64,000 nucleotides of DNA from Thermoplasmatota archaeon. Its GTDB lineage: Archaea; Thermoplasmatota; E2; JACPAO01; JAHFTW01. The position numbers were made by a program, and so were the translations under genes. A model generated the notes under the pieces. The model saw nothing but the letters and a program-made list of their open reading frames with translations, made no database searches and was not told the DNA's origin. Below, in pieces: positions 11,471-21,300 of this stretch. The stretch covers positions 371,997 to 435,996 of the forward strand of contig JBFIHX010000001.1 of the NCBI GenBank assembly GCA_041601615.1. Direction: 5' to 3'. Position 1 is the stretch's first letter. Each line of letters starts with the position of its first letter.

Positions 11471-11627
11471 GGAAATCCGATCAACATGGGTATCTCCTTT
11501 CTCCTCTTTTCTCCCTTGCAGTTTCGAAGATTGGATGCGAATGGCTGCCAGCATCAGTGAACCATCTTTTTGGCGAACCATACATGCATGGCGATTTGTT
11601 TTCTGATTATTGCGCGCGATGGTTGCG

Positions 11628-12095
11628 TCACGGGCGCTTCCGTCGATACACATCGATTTCACCGCGCAGGCTGGTGGCGGTTCCGATGGTTTGCCAATCT
11701 CGAACCAGAAAGGACTGGGCTTGGGATTCGTCCACGCTCGTGTAGAGCGCCTCCGCCCCTCGGTTCCAGGCTTCCGTTTCGATGGCGGCGATGAGACGCT
11801 GCCGAATTTGCTGGGTGTGTGGCGCCTCGATTTCGGGCAGCATTCCAGTCAGCCACGGCCCCAAATCAGGGTGGCTGATGGAGGAATCTCGCAGGCATGC
11901 GGTTCCGCGCTGGGTGTCGTTGTCCAGTGCTAGGACACAGTACGGGGCTCCTTTTTTGGCATCGAGACGAGCTTCTAGGTCTCGCTTGGCGTCGCCTGGA
12001 CCGTCTTTGTAGTATGGCGCCCAGGCCTTTTCGTACCACGCCACAAGCTCAGGCAGACGTGCGGGGTGAAGTGATAGAGGCTCGATGCTGATCAT
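11628..12095 (-). CDS. GNAT family acetyltransferase (degenerate acetyl-CoA motif)
   Basis: HPDLGPWL...RLIAAIETEAWNRGAEALY pattern; overlaps the LVIVD gene stop. Confidence 0.65.
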   Translation of the reverse strand: MISIEPLSLHPARLPELVAWYEKAWAPYYKDGPGDAKRDLEARLDAKKGAPYCVLALDNDTQRGTACLRDSSISHPDLGPWLTGMLPEIEAPHTQQIRQRLIAAIETEAWNRGAEALYTSVDESQAQSFLVRDWQTIGTATSLRGEIDVYRRKRP

Positions 12096-13483
12096 GCAAA
12101 GCTGGTGTGCGTTTCCTTGCCGGCGGGGTCGGCGTTGTGGTGCAGAATGTAGAATCCGCCGTGTGCGTCGCCGGTGATCATGTAGCCATTCCAGACGACC
12201 ACGTCCCAGGCTCCGACGCTGTAGTTAGCGCCGTCCATGCGGGGTTCGTGGGGCATGTAGCTGCCGACGGGTTCGGGAGCGGCGAGGTTCGCGTCGCTGT
12301 CTACGTCGAGGACCCAGAGGCCGCCGTGGTACATGGCGAGGTACAGTTTTCCGTCCACGAATTGGAAATTGTGCATTGAAAAGCTGCCACTTTCGCCTTC
12401 AAAGTCCTCCAGTGCGGTCCATTCGGCCAGCAGTTCCGGGGCGGAGTAGTCGGTGGTGTCGAGGATGAAGAGAGCGGGCGGGTTGGCGCCTTCGGGAATG
12501 GTGGCGGTGATGCGGCGGTCGCCGCCGGGTGTCTCGTGTTTCCAGCTCATGGAGGTGTGGAGGACTCCGTCGTATTTCGTCGCCCCTTCGCCCATCCAGG
12601 AACCTATTTCGATGGGCACTTCGGGGATGCTGACGTCTACGAAGCGGACGCCGAGGTTCCAGAAGCTGACCATGAGCATTGGGGTGCCGGTGAGTGGGTC
12701 TTCTTGGTAGGTCATGTCCTGGTGGCCGCTGACAAAGTGCGTGGGCCAGCCGCTCGGGTTTTCCTGTAGCAGATTCACTTCTTGACCTACGTATTTGGTG
12801 GTGGCGGGGGTCCAGCGGGCGACCGTGAGCACCTCGCGAACACCGTTGACTTCGGGCAAGAGTTGGCCGACGTAGATGGCGTTGTCCAGGGGGGCGCAGA
12901 AGAGGTATTCTTGTTCGTCGATGATGGCGTACTCGACCATATGGCAGCCTGCTAGGAGGCCGGGTACGGGCCAGAAGCCGGCGAGCACCGGGTTTTGCTT
13001 GTCTCGGGTGTCGTAGATGAGGAGGCCAGGGGTGGCGCTCAATTCCATGCCGAGAAAGACCCAGTCTCCTGTGCTGTCTACTTTCAAGTCGGCGGTGTAT
13101 TTGCCCAGGACGAGGGATTCGGGTGCGACGGTTTCGGTCAGGCTGACCAATTCGGGGTTGGCGGAGTCGGCGAGGTCGACGATGGCAAAGCCGTAATCGA
13201 ACAACGTGACGAAGGCGTAGCCGCCTGCCACATCGATTTCACCAATGCGGCCGGGGGGCCCGTTGGCGCCGAGGGGGTTGTGGCCGATGAGGTCCACGTT
13301 GTTGCTGAGTGTGTGCGCGGAAAGGTCGCCGTGTTCGTGGCCGTCTCCTGAAAGAACGACGGGATTGACGAAGGGTTGCAGCGCGTTGTCTACGAGCGAG
13401 TCGGCGGGGTCTGGGGTGTCTGAATCCAAGCATCCGGAGAAGCCGAGGCCAACAAGCAGGAACGTCAGGAGGAGGACGCGCAT
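12092..13483 (-). CDS. LVIVD-repeat beta-propeller lipoprotein
   Basis: Lipobox FSGC; repeats FAIVDLADSANP, LLIYDTRDKQNP, VRFVDVSIPEVP, LWVLDV. Start placed at ATG 13483. Confidence 0.85.
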   Translation of the reverse strand: MRVLLLTFLLVGLGFSGCLDSDTPDPADSLVDNALQPFVNPVVLSGDGHEHGDLSAHTLSNNVDLIGHNPLGANGPPGRIGEIDVAGGYAFVTLFDYGFAIVDLADSANPELVSLTETVAPESLVLGKYTADLKVDSTGDWVFLGMELSATPGLLIYDTRDKQNPVLAGFWPVPGLLAGCHMVEYAIIDEQEYLFCAPLDNAIYVGQLLPEVNGVREVLTVARWTPATTKYVGQEVNLLQENPSGWPTHFVSGHQDMTYQEDPLTGTPMLMVSFWNLGVRFVDVSIPEVPIEIGSWMGEGATKYDGVLHTSMSWKHETPGGDRRITATIPEGANPPALFILDTTDYSAPELLAEWTALEDFEGESGSFSMHNFQFVDGKLYLAMYHGGLWVLDVDSDANLAAPEPVGSYMPHEPRMDGANYSVGAWDVVVWNGYMITGDAHGGFYILHHNADPAGKETHTSFA

Positions 13484-13527
13484 CGAGCACGAGGCTGGGA
13501 CGGGCAACTTTAGGTTTGGGGTGATGC

Positions 13528-13547
13528 CACGAGCGTTCCAAAAGTCC
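13528..13547 (+). repeat. Left terminal inverted repeat CACGAGCGTTCCAAAAGTCC
   Basis: Exact reverse complement of 25546-25565. Confidence 0.92.
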
Positions 13548-13662
13548 CAGCGGCTTCCATAACTAGGGGAACCAATTGCTAAATGGGGGGCCCTAAGGAG
13601 AGGGCGTTCAAGGGGTGAGGTGGGGGAGTAGGTTGCATAAGTGGGGGAGTCTGCCAGGGGCG

Positions 13663-13956
13663 TTAGTCTTGATGGGGTGGCTCCCGCCATCCTTCATCGC
13701 GTCGTTGCCTCCACCGGGCTTCGCGTTCTTTCCGCCATTGTTCGACTCGTTGGTGTTGATTTTCGAGTTCTTCCCGAGTGGGGCGGCGGAACGTCACAAC
13801 CACATAGTCGCCTTGGTCAATGCCTAGAGCTTCTGAATCATTTTTGGAAAACGGCACATAATGGACGAATCCCGTTCGGCGGATTCTCTTCGTGCGTTTC
13901 AGGGTCAGAGACTCAATCTCTGGGCAGTCTTCATGCGTCGTGTTTGTCGGGGTCAT
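13663..13956 (-). CDS. Small AbrB/MazE/SpoVT-like DNA-binding protein with charged C-terminal helix (97 aa)
   Basis: KRIRRTGFVHYVPFSKNDSEALGIDQGDYVVVTF fits the swapped-hairpin pattern; start overlaps the upstream ORF stop. Confidence 0.65.
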   Translation of the reverse strand: MTPTNTTHEDCPEIESLTLKRTKRIRRTGFVHYVPFSKNDSEALGIDQGDYVVVTFRRPTREELENQHQRVEQWRKEREARWRQRRDEGWREPPHQD

Positions 13957-14300
13957 AGTTTCACTTCCATTCGTGGTTTTCTTTCCTGGTGTTTGGCCCA
14001 AGGTGGGCCGTCTAGTACGACCTGGATTTCTCCTGTAAACAGGGTTCCGAGGTCTTCGTAAAGGGCAGGGTAAGTAGTGCGAAGGTGATCCTCCAATTCT
14101 CGAAGGGCGGTGGAAACGCGATTTATGGCGCAGATTTCGGATTCGTCGAGATTGATGACGTACCCACCCATGACACGGGCAACGCGCAACTCTCGAAGGT
14201 CTGCCAAAGAACTGTGAATGTGTGTTCCGACAACGGTTCCCAAAGTCCCACTTGTCCAAGCACCGTGGCGAATTGGTGCAAGAACACGAATTACAACCAC
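13953..14300 (-). CDS. Hypothetical protein
   Basis: ORF coupled to the downstream AbrB-like gene; start uncertain. Confidence 0.45.
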   Translation of the reverse strand: MVVIRVLAPIRHGAWTSGTLGTVVGTHIHSSLADLRELRVARVMGGYVINLDESEICAINRVSTALRELEDHLRTTYPALYEDLGTLFTGEIQVVLDGPPWAKHQERKPRMEVKL

Positions 14301-14372
14301 CCCCGCAAAGCTGGCCAGATTCGAGGCTCAAATCCAGGGATACGGTTGATTGAGCATCTTTGATTGTCGGTG

Positions 14373-14660
14373 CTACTTTTCACGGCGACAGCCCCCCATT
14401 TCAATGATGACAAGTGACCCACAGGCTGGACAAGACGCCGACCAGATGCCTACGGGGCCTGCATCTGGATCTTCGACTTGCCCCCATTGCGTGATGGGGG
14501 TGTTGCAGCCTCGGCACTCGACCGGAGATCTTGTGGGCCGCTGCTGGCAAACAAAATCGAAGCGGGGAGATTTTGCCTCCGATTCGCCGGAGAACCTGTT
14601 TGAGGCGTTTTGGGCCATGTGGGCCAATAGCCCACTTGGGCTACTTATCATCTGCCCCAA
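14373..14660 (-). CDS. Small zinc-ribbon protein
   Basis: CRGC...CPACG pair; start uncertain (14618, 14651 or 14660). Confidence 0.5.
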   Translation of the reverse strand: MGQMISSPSGLLAHMAQNASNRFSGESEAKSPRFDFVCQQRPTRSPVECRGCNTPITQWGQVEDPDAGPVGIWSASCPACGSLVIIEMGGCRREK

Positions 14661-14731
14661 ATAGGCTGTTGACCCATATGGGCCATTTATATTGCGCGGG
14701 CTTTTAGCCCTGGGCCGACATCTGGCCCAAC
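14605..14731. promoter_or_regulatory. Divergent promoter region rich in TGGGCY/RGCCCA half-sites, with a TATA-like TTTATATT
   Basis: TAGCCCA-CT-TGGGCTA (14628-14643), CCCATATGGG (14673-14682), TGGGCC-N7-GGCCCA (14711-14729), TTTATATT (14686-14693). Confidence 0.55.
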
Positions 14732-14905
14732 GTGGACGCGCGACCGAAGCCAGATGTAGCCCGGAGCATCGACAGCACAGGTCGATTGCGGCTACCGCCA
14801 GAAGTCAAGAAACGACTCAAACTTGACTCCGGGGATTCCGTTGGGTTCTTCTTTGAGGACGACCGAATCTGGATCAGTAAAGTCGAATTTGTGGCGACCG
14901 ACTAG
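14732..14905 (+). CDS. AbrB/MazE/SpoVT family DNA-binding protein (57 aa, absent from the ORF track)
   Basis: Manual translation MDARPKPDVARSIDSTGRLRLPPEVKKRLKLDSGDSVGFFFEDDRIWISKVEFVATD has the canonical IDxxGRxxLP...LxxGDxV pattern. Confidence 0.85.
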   Translation: MDARPKPDVARSIDSTGRLRLPPEVKKRLKLDSGDSVGFFFEDDRIWISKVEFVATD

Positions 14906-14909
14906 AGCC

Positions 14910-16364
14910 CTAAACGGTTCGCACCAATTCCGCGTCAGGCATTAGGGCCGCCGCTGGCTCCAATGGTCGCCATTCCATGCGTTGGTTGAACTCGATCATC
15001 CGACCTCGGGCCCCATCCACCGTTTGCGGGACGCATTGGTCGAAGAACGGACTAAGCCCTTCGATGGCGGCTTCTTCTCGTGGCTCGTCTCCGAGCCGGT
15101 GGTGCATTGCGTATACGTTCCGCCAAAACGCCGTCAGAATCATTGGATCGTCTGCCGACAATTCGAGTGCTGCTAGGAGCAACTGGCTTGCTTCCTGATT
15201 TCCGGCAGGGCCCCCCAATGACTCGGCCAGATTGATTCGAGACAATACGCGCCTGTAATTGTCGAGTGTTTCGTCGAATGCGGCAAGGGAACGGCGCATA
15301 TGAGTCTCAAAATCAGAGATTCGGTTTACCCGACGGAAGTGGATTGCCGCGTTTTCGAGTAGGTGTCCACGTTGAATGTCATTCAGCCCTTTCATGTCGG
15401 CGGCGATGCCAAGAGGAAGCCCTGCTTCGCGTTCCGTATCCCATCGCACAAGCCCTATGCTAGCCCTCTGGAGCAATATTGACCCGTACCGGCCCCACTC
15501 TGGGTCTTTCTCTGCCAATTCGAGCCAGAGCTTTCCTGCGGCCTCTGCGTCGTGCTTCGTATAATTGAAAACGCGAGGTGTTCGCAGGAGGGCTTCTTGG
15601 AGATCGGGGCCCTTGGAGCGCCACCAGTCGTTGACCAGGATACTTGAGACATGATTCGCTAGAACAGTGACTGCTAGCGGATGAACCAAAGTTTGAGCTT
15701 TGATGGATTTCTCCCTAGTGCCGTTTGAAAGTCGTGAAATTGCCATATGAACCTGTTCTCTGACTAGCCCCCATACTCGAAGGGTTTCAGGGTAAGTCCC
15801 CAGAATAAGGCCGTTAACCTCGATCCAGTCCAGGGCGTCCTTGAAGCGTTTCTTTGGAGCATCAAGCCAGTCCATAATGTCTGGTTCGGGATATTCGCCG
15901 GAGTGCCATTTCGTTTCGGACGTTTGGTCGAAAACGGTGGAGATTGTCGCCTGCCGTGCATCGTTGGATTTTGAGTGCTGGTCAATGGAGATTGCATCAG
16001 AGAGATACTTCTTCGCCATTCGGGCCTGTTGGCGACCGATATTTGCATCGCGACGACCCCCGGTTTCTGCCTTTGACCAATCTTGAAGAGATCCTTCTTC
16101 CGTGAGGGCCTTCGCGACAACGGCTGAAACTAGGGACTTGATGCGATTGTCATACTTGTTGGATTGCATTTCTCGGGCCACATGGCGGTGCAATCCGGGG
16201 TAGAAGCAACGACGGTTGAGAAATTCATTGTGAGGGCTGTCCTCGGTGATGACAAAATTTGGTGCTTGTTCTCGCTGGCGGTCCTGATCGGCTAAGGCGT
16301 ACTGGATGTACCCATGAGTGATGGCTGCAAGCGTGCTCCAGTCCAAATCTTCTGGTTTGTTCAT
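14910..16364 (-). CDS. Hypothetical 484-aa protein, C-terminal half TPR-like
   Basis: Long ORF with GAGGT SD; helical repeats such as HLLENAAIHFRR and LSRINLAESLG. Confidence 0.7.
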   Translation of the reverse strand: MNKPEDLDWSTLAAITHGYIQYALADQDRQREQAPNFVITEDSPHNEFLNRRCFYPGLHRHVAREMQSNKYDNRIKSLVSAVVAKALTEEGSLQDWSKAETGGRRDANIGRQQARMAKKYLSDAISIDQHSKSNDARQATISTVFDQTSETKWHSGEYPEPDIMDWLDAPKKRFKDALDWIEVNGLILGTYPETLRVWGLVREQVHMAISRLSNGTREKSIKAQTLVHPLAVTVLANHVSSILVNDWWRSKGPDLQEALLRTPRVFNYTKHDAEAAGKLWLELAEKDPEWGRYGSILLQRASIGLVRWDTEREAGLPLGIAADMKGLNDIQRGHLLENAAIHFRRVNRISDFETHMRRSLAAFDETLDNYRRVLSRINLAESLGGPAGNQEASQLLLAALELSADDPMILTAFWRNVYAMHHRLGDEPREEAAIEGLSPFFDQCVPQTVDGARGRMIEFNQRMEWRPLEPAAALMPDAELVRTV

Positions 16365-16402
16365 GATTACCTCGGGGGAAGAGGGGGATGAGGATTGAAG
16401 CC

Positions 16403-16528
16403 TTACTTGCGATTGGCTTCTGCTTTGGTTTGAGCCCCGGTGGGCGATTCACCACTCGATCGCCAGTGCGTCGGGTGCTGGGGGTTCAGTTGGTTGCTGC
16501 GGTTGTCGTTTTGCGCTTTGTCGGGCAT
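16403..16528 (-). CDS. 41-aa micro-protein with NDNRSNQLNP motif (absent from the ORF track)
   Basis: Manual translation MPDKAQNDNRSNQLNPQHPTHWRSSGESPTGAQTKAEANRK; AGGA upstream; ends 39 nt before the 484-aa gene. Confidence 0.6.
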   Translation of the reverse strand: MPDKAQNDNRSNQLNPQHPTHWRSSGESPTGAQTKAEANRK

Positions 16529-16609
16529 GTCTGTCTTCCTGCGGCGCTTGCCGTGATGGTACATAGCGCGACGAAAGACAAGTGGAAATCGGACAAAACT
16601 GGTTTTCTA

Positions 16610-18320
16610 GCCGAGATCGGTTGGCGAGTCTCGGCGCGAGATGTCTCGAATCTCGAAGTGAAACCCCGGAAGTCTGGGAAATCGAGACCCCTGAAACCAG
16701 TCTCGCGAGTCTCAAATGAAGGGTCCAGGGGAGACCCTTGCAACAGGAGGCCGAATCCGTCTCGCGAGACCCCGCCGAGACCCCCGAGACTCATTGGAGT
16801 CTCGGCTTGAGACCCCGAAATGGGTCACGCAACAGGAGAGCCGAGACCGAAATTGAAACCCCCCAGACCCCACGGACCGGGGAGTCTCAAGGAATCTCAA
16901 AAGGGGTCTCGCAACAGGAGACGGAGACCGAGTTTGAATCTCGTTTGGCTTCACGGGTCTCGTGGGACCTGATTTGGAGTCTCGAATTGGGGTCTCGGGT
17001 CGAGTGAACGGAGTTCATGCTCGGGGCCTCGGGGTCGTCCAGGAGGGGTTAGGATTGGGGTCGATTCAAGCCGTGGATTCGGGTCTTCGGACCCCAACAA
17101 ACGGAGTGTCCCGAAGCCGACCCCACCGGGTACCCGGAACCCGACGAAAACGGGTCTCCGACACCCACCCATCGGGTCCCGGAGACCCGACCCAAAACGG
17201 GTACCCAACACCCAACCCAGCCGGGTACCCGATACCCAATCCATTTTGGACCCTTGCAACAGGAGGCAGGACACCCGTTTTGGGTACCCATGAACCCAAC
17301 CCAAAGCGGGTACCCAGAACCCAACCCACGCGCAAACAAGGCCCCAACAGAGGTGGGTCTCGGATACCCACCCAACGGGTCCCAGGGACCCCACCCAAGC
17401 CGGGTACCCTGGAACCCCCATTCCGAATTACCCAGGGCTCAATCCATGAGATCCATCAACCCTGGGAAGGAGCCCCTTGTTTGAGGGGTTCGAGGGTTCG
17501 GCACAAGGGGTTCGGTTTTGAGGCTCGTTTGAACCCTTGCCGCTCCTGTTGCGGGGGTATGCTCGTGTGGGTTCGCGAAGGGTTGGCTTGTGAACGCTTG
17601 CGAGGGTTCGCGAGGGTAGGCTCGATTGAACCCTCGCGCCTCCTGTCGCAAGAGTAGGCTCGGGAGGGTTCGCGAACGTCGGCTCATGAACCCTGGCGAG
17701 GGTTCGCGAGGGTTCATTTTTCCGAGCATCCCAGGTGTTCGAGGGTTCGGAAATCGAACTCCGAGGATGTTCAGCTAGGGTTCAGGTTTGAGGGCTCGGG
17801 AGGGTTCGTGGGGTCGCTCTTACGGGGTTTGAATCGGGGTCGAATCTTGCCATGAATTCGGGCCTCCGGACCCCGGCAAACGGGGTACCCCGAACCCACC
17901 CCAAACGGGGTACCCCAAAGCCGACCCCACTGGGGTACCCCGCGACCCCGCCCTGATTCGGCCCCGCCAACGGAAGGAATCGACCCCACTTTGACCCCGG
18001 CACACGGGGTACCCCGATTTGGAACCCCAAAAACGGGGTCTGTCCCTCCTGTCAAATTGGGGTGGATTGGGTGGGGTCAAACGGGCCCCGAGCGGGGTAC
18101 CCCGGCAAAAAACCCCAAAAATCACCCCTTCCTCTCCTGTTAGATTGGGGTTGTTCTGGGTGGGGTCCAATAGACCCCACGCGGGGTAACCCAGAATTGA
18201 CCCCGCTGGCACCCCCACCGACCCCCAGATGGGCACCCCGAATCCGACCGCACGGAGAAATTCGGACCCTGCCTATCTGGCGCCGAACGGGTTCCGATCT
18301 GGGATTTTGGCCCCCGCCGA
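16610..18320. repeat. Non-coding region of four motif-saturated blocks with eight ACAGGAG boxes
   Basis: Blocks dominated in turn by GAGAC/GTCTC, GGGTACCC/ACCC, GGGTTC/GAACCC and GGGGTACCCC; ORFs here are only low-complexity. Confidence 0.85.
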
Positions 18321-18345
18321 TGGTGGTTGGATCGGCGGGTCGTGT

Positions 18346-21300
18346 TCAGGCACTTGCTTGAAGAATGCAGGTTTCGAGGTCTGTAATTTGGCGTTCATCG
18401 AACAAGGCATCCCATCCCTTCGGAGCCAGATCGGTAAACGGCGGCTCGTAGAGCGCCTTGATCTGAATGGACCCATGCTCGACGATGTAGTCCACGACCA
18501 TGTTGAGGAATTGGATTTGGTGCGAGTTCATGTTCCGTTCATTCAGGAATTTTCCGAATGCTCGTTTTGCTACGTCGCGATCCAAGCCGACGAGGGAACG
18601 CACGAACCCGGCCGTACCGTTTGCGGCCTCTCGGACTTGCTTTAGCATGGAATTGTCTGATCCGGCGATGCCTTCCAGGAGGGATTCGAGGTGTGCCAGT
18701 CCCTCTGAATTGAGGGGTTCACCACGTCGAACGCACTGTACCACGGGGTCTTCGTCGAGGCTTCGCAAGTGATACTTGGCCTTCTCGCGGAACCGCTGGA
18801 AATCACCATTTGTAGTCGTGCCGGGGAGAGTCAAGGGAACTGCCATACCAATTTCATCCTCGAAATCAGTATAGAGCGGGGTTCTTACGTGCTTGTCGAG
18901 GAGGTGAATGAGAGTACGCAACTGACGCCGGGCATGTTCCAGCATGGCCGTTGTCACGTCTTCCCACCAAGCGTCGGTTTGGAGGTCTTGAATCAGGTTC
19001 AATTCCTTTTGAACGACTGGAATGTTGCGCTTTTCCTCCAATCGTTCGGCCAGGGATCGCACCTTGTCACGCAAGCCCGGAGCGTTTGGATCATCGCGAA
19101 GAAGTGCAAGTTCAAGCGTGAGCATCATGAGGTCGAACCGCTTCGCCTCCTCCTGCTCTGGTGGCATTTCTGCGGGGAGCGGCGCGACTTTCTTTGCAAG
19201 CTCGGGCGCTTGTTCTGGCTCAAGGAAGCCCCAGGCTTCCTCTTTGCTAAATCGCTCCACGAGTTTTCGCTGGGGGCGCACGACGAAGTTCTCCAAGTTC
19301 ATGGAGGCTACCTCGTGGCGCAAGGTCTCGGCAAATTCCCGACGCAAGGGATCGGCTGCATCTGGCTTGTCGCCAGGGGGCCCGCCGTCGCGTTGGTCAA
19401 ATTCTTGAACGAGGCCCAAACGGGTTTGGAACAATCGCTCCTTGAGACTTGGCGCAACACTGGCACTTCCTTCGGGAAGGTCGAGGCTGAAGTGTTCCAG
19501 GTTGCGGCAAAAGTCGAAGATGAAGAACGACTTTTTGTCTTGCCCAGGGCCGAACAAGTTCTCGCAGAGGCGGGTTCCTCGTCCGATCATTTGCCAGAAT
19601 TTGGTCTTGGATCGAACGACTTTGAAGAAGACGAGGTTGCAGACTTCGGGAACGTCGATTCCCGTGTCGAGCATGTCCACGGAGATCGCCATTCCGGGGT
19701 CTGGGAGGCGTTTGAAGTCCTTGATGAGGGTATCAGCGTACTTGGTCTGGTAAGTGATTACACGGGCAAATTTGCCGGCCAAGTGGGGATAATGGACGTT
19801 GAAGCGTTTGTCGATGAAGTCTGCGTGGGCTTGATTCTTGGCAAAGATGATGGTCTTGGCCAACCGATCGCCGCCCTCGATTTTCTGGCCGTTTGTCATG
19901 ACATGGGCGAGTGCCTTGTCCACCGTGTCGTCGTTGAAGAGCCACTTGTTCACATGGTCGGCGTCCACGTCGCGGGGCGGTTCGTCCTCCTCCCCCCAAT
20001 CTAGGTTGTCCCACTGCTCTTTGTCTTCGTCTGGAAGCTCGTCGTAATGGATGCCTTCGCGAGGGAACAGGAGTGGGACAGAGTGGGCCTCTGGCGGAAC
20101 GAGGTAACGATCCTTGATGGCTTCATCCAGGTTGTAGGCGTCGGTGGGAACGCCTGCTTCCAAGTCAAAAGTCGAGTACGTGTTGCGTTCAATTTCGTCC
20201 TTGGGTGTCGCGGTGAGGCCGAGCAAGGGCGCGTCAAAGTACTCGAAAATTGCCTTGTATTTTCGGAAAATGGATCGGTGGGCCTCGTCGATAATAACCA
20301 AGTCGAAGTGGCCTACGCTGAATCGACGCTGGCCTTCTTTGACCTCGTCGATGAGGTTCATCATGGTGTGGTATGTGGAAACGTAGATGCGGCCTTCGGT
20401 GTCCTTTTCCTCAAGTAGGTTGACTGGGTTGAAGCTGGGGAGGTGCGTTTTGAAACCCTCACCGGCTTGATTGGCGAGTTCGCGCCGATCGGCCAAAAAC
20501 AGGATTCGTTTGGCCCAATTGGCTCGCATCATTACGTCTGCTAGAGCGATGGCGGTTCGGGTTTTGCCGGTGCCTGTCGCCATGACGAGGAGGGCCTTTC
20601 GGCGCTGGTCGGACTCGAAGGATTCACAGATGCGTCGAATTGCACGATTCTGGTAGTGCCGATCGACGATGGATTTCTTGATTTGGGTCTCTGCAAGGCT
20701 GTGGCGCGTGGTGCGGCGCTGGATGAGGAGTTGAAGTTCGGCCTTGCTGTAGAAGCCCTGAATTTCGCGTGGCGGGTAGCGGTCGTCTTCCCAAATCCAG
20801 TGTTTGTATCCGTTGCTGTAGAAGATCACGGGCCGTTGACCGGTTTCGGCTTCTAGGCAATCAGCGTAGAGCTTGGCTTGCTGTTGCCCAATTCGCGGGT
20901 CATTCTTGGTGCTCTTTGCTTCCACAATGCCCAGTGGTGAGCCGTCGTCGCCCCATAGAACATAATCGACGTAACCCTTTCGCGAGGGATTGGGCATTCC
21001 CTGGACTTCGTATTCGAGGTCATTGGGGCCATTGAGTTTCCAGCCAGCCTCCTTCAGGAGCAAGTCAATGAAGAAATCCCGCGTTTCTGCCTCGTTGAAG
21101 TCGTGGTCCACGGGGACGGCTTCGTTGGCTTTTCGGGTTTCCTCGATTTGGGCGCGAAGGCGCTTGAGCTCGTCGTTTAATTCGCCGTGAACGACTAGGA
21201 TTTTCGTGAGTTTTTCGTCTTGCTCGGCGCGTTGTGCTTGCAAGGCGGCGAGTTCGGCGGCGGTGCTCCTGGATCCTACGGCTTCTCGGGGAAGCAAGGA

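Noticed and set aside
16610-18320. CRISPR or TIGR-like array
   Set aside because: No constant-length repeat with regular spacers, and no cas or Nop-domain gene in the window.
16388-18361. Track ORFs (G/P/V/R-rich) across the repeat region
   Set aside because: Low-complexity products in all frames on both strands, explained by the DNA motifs.
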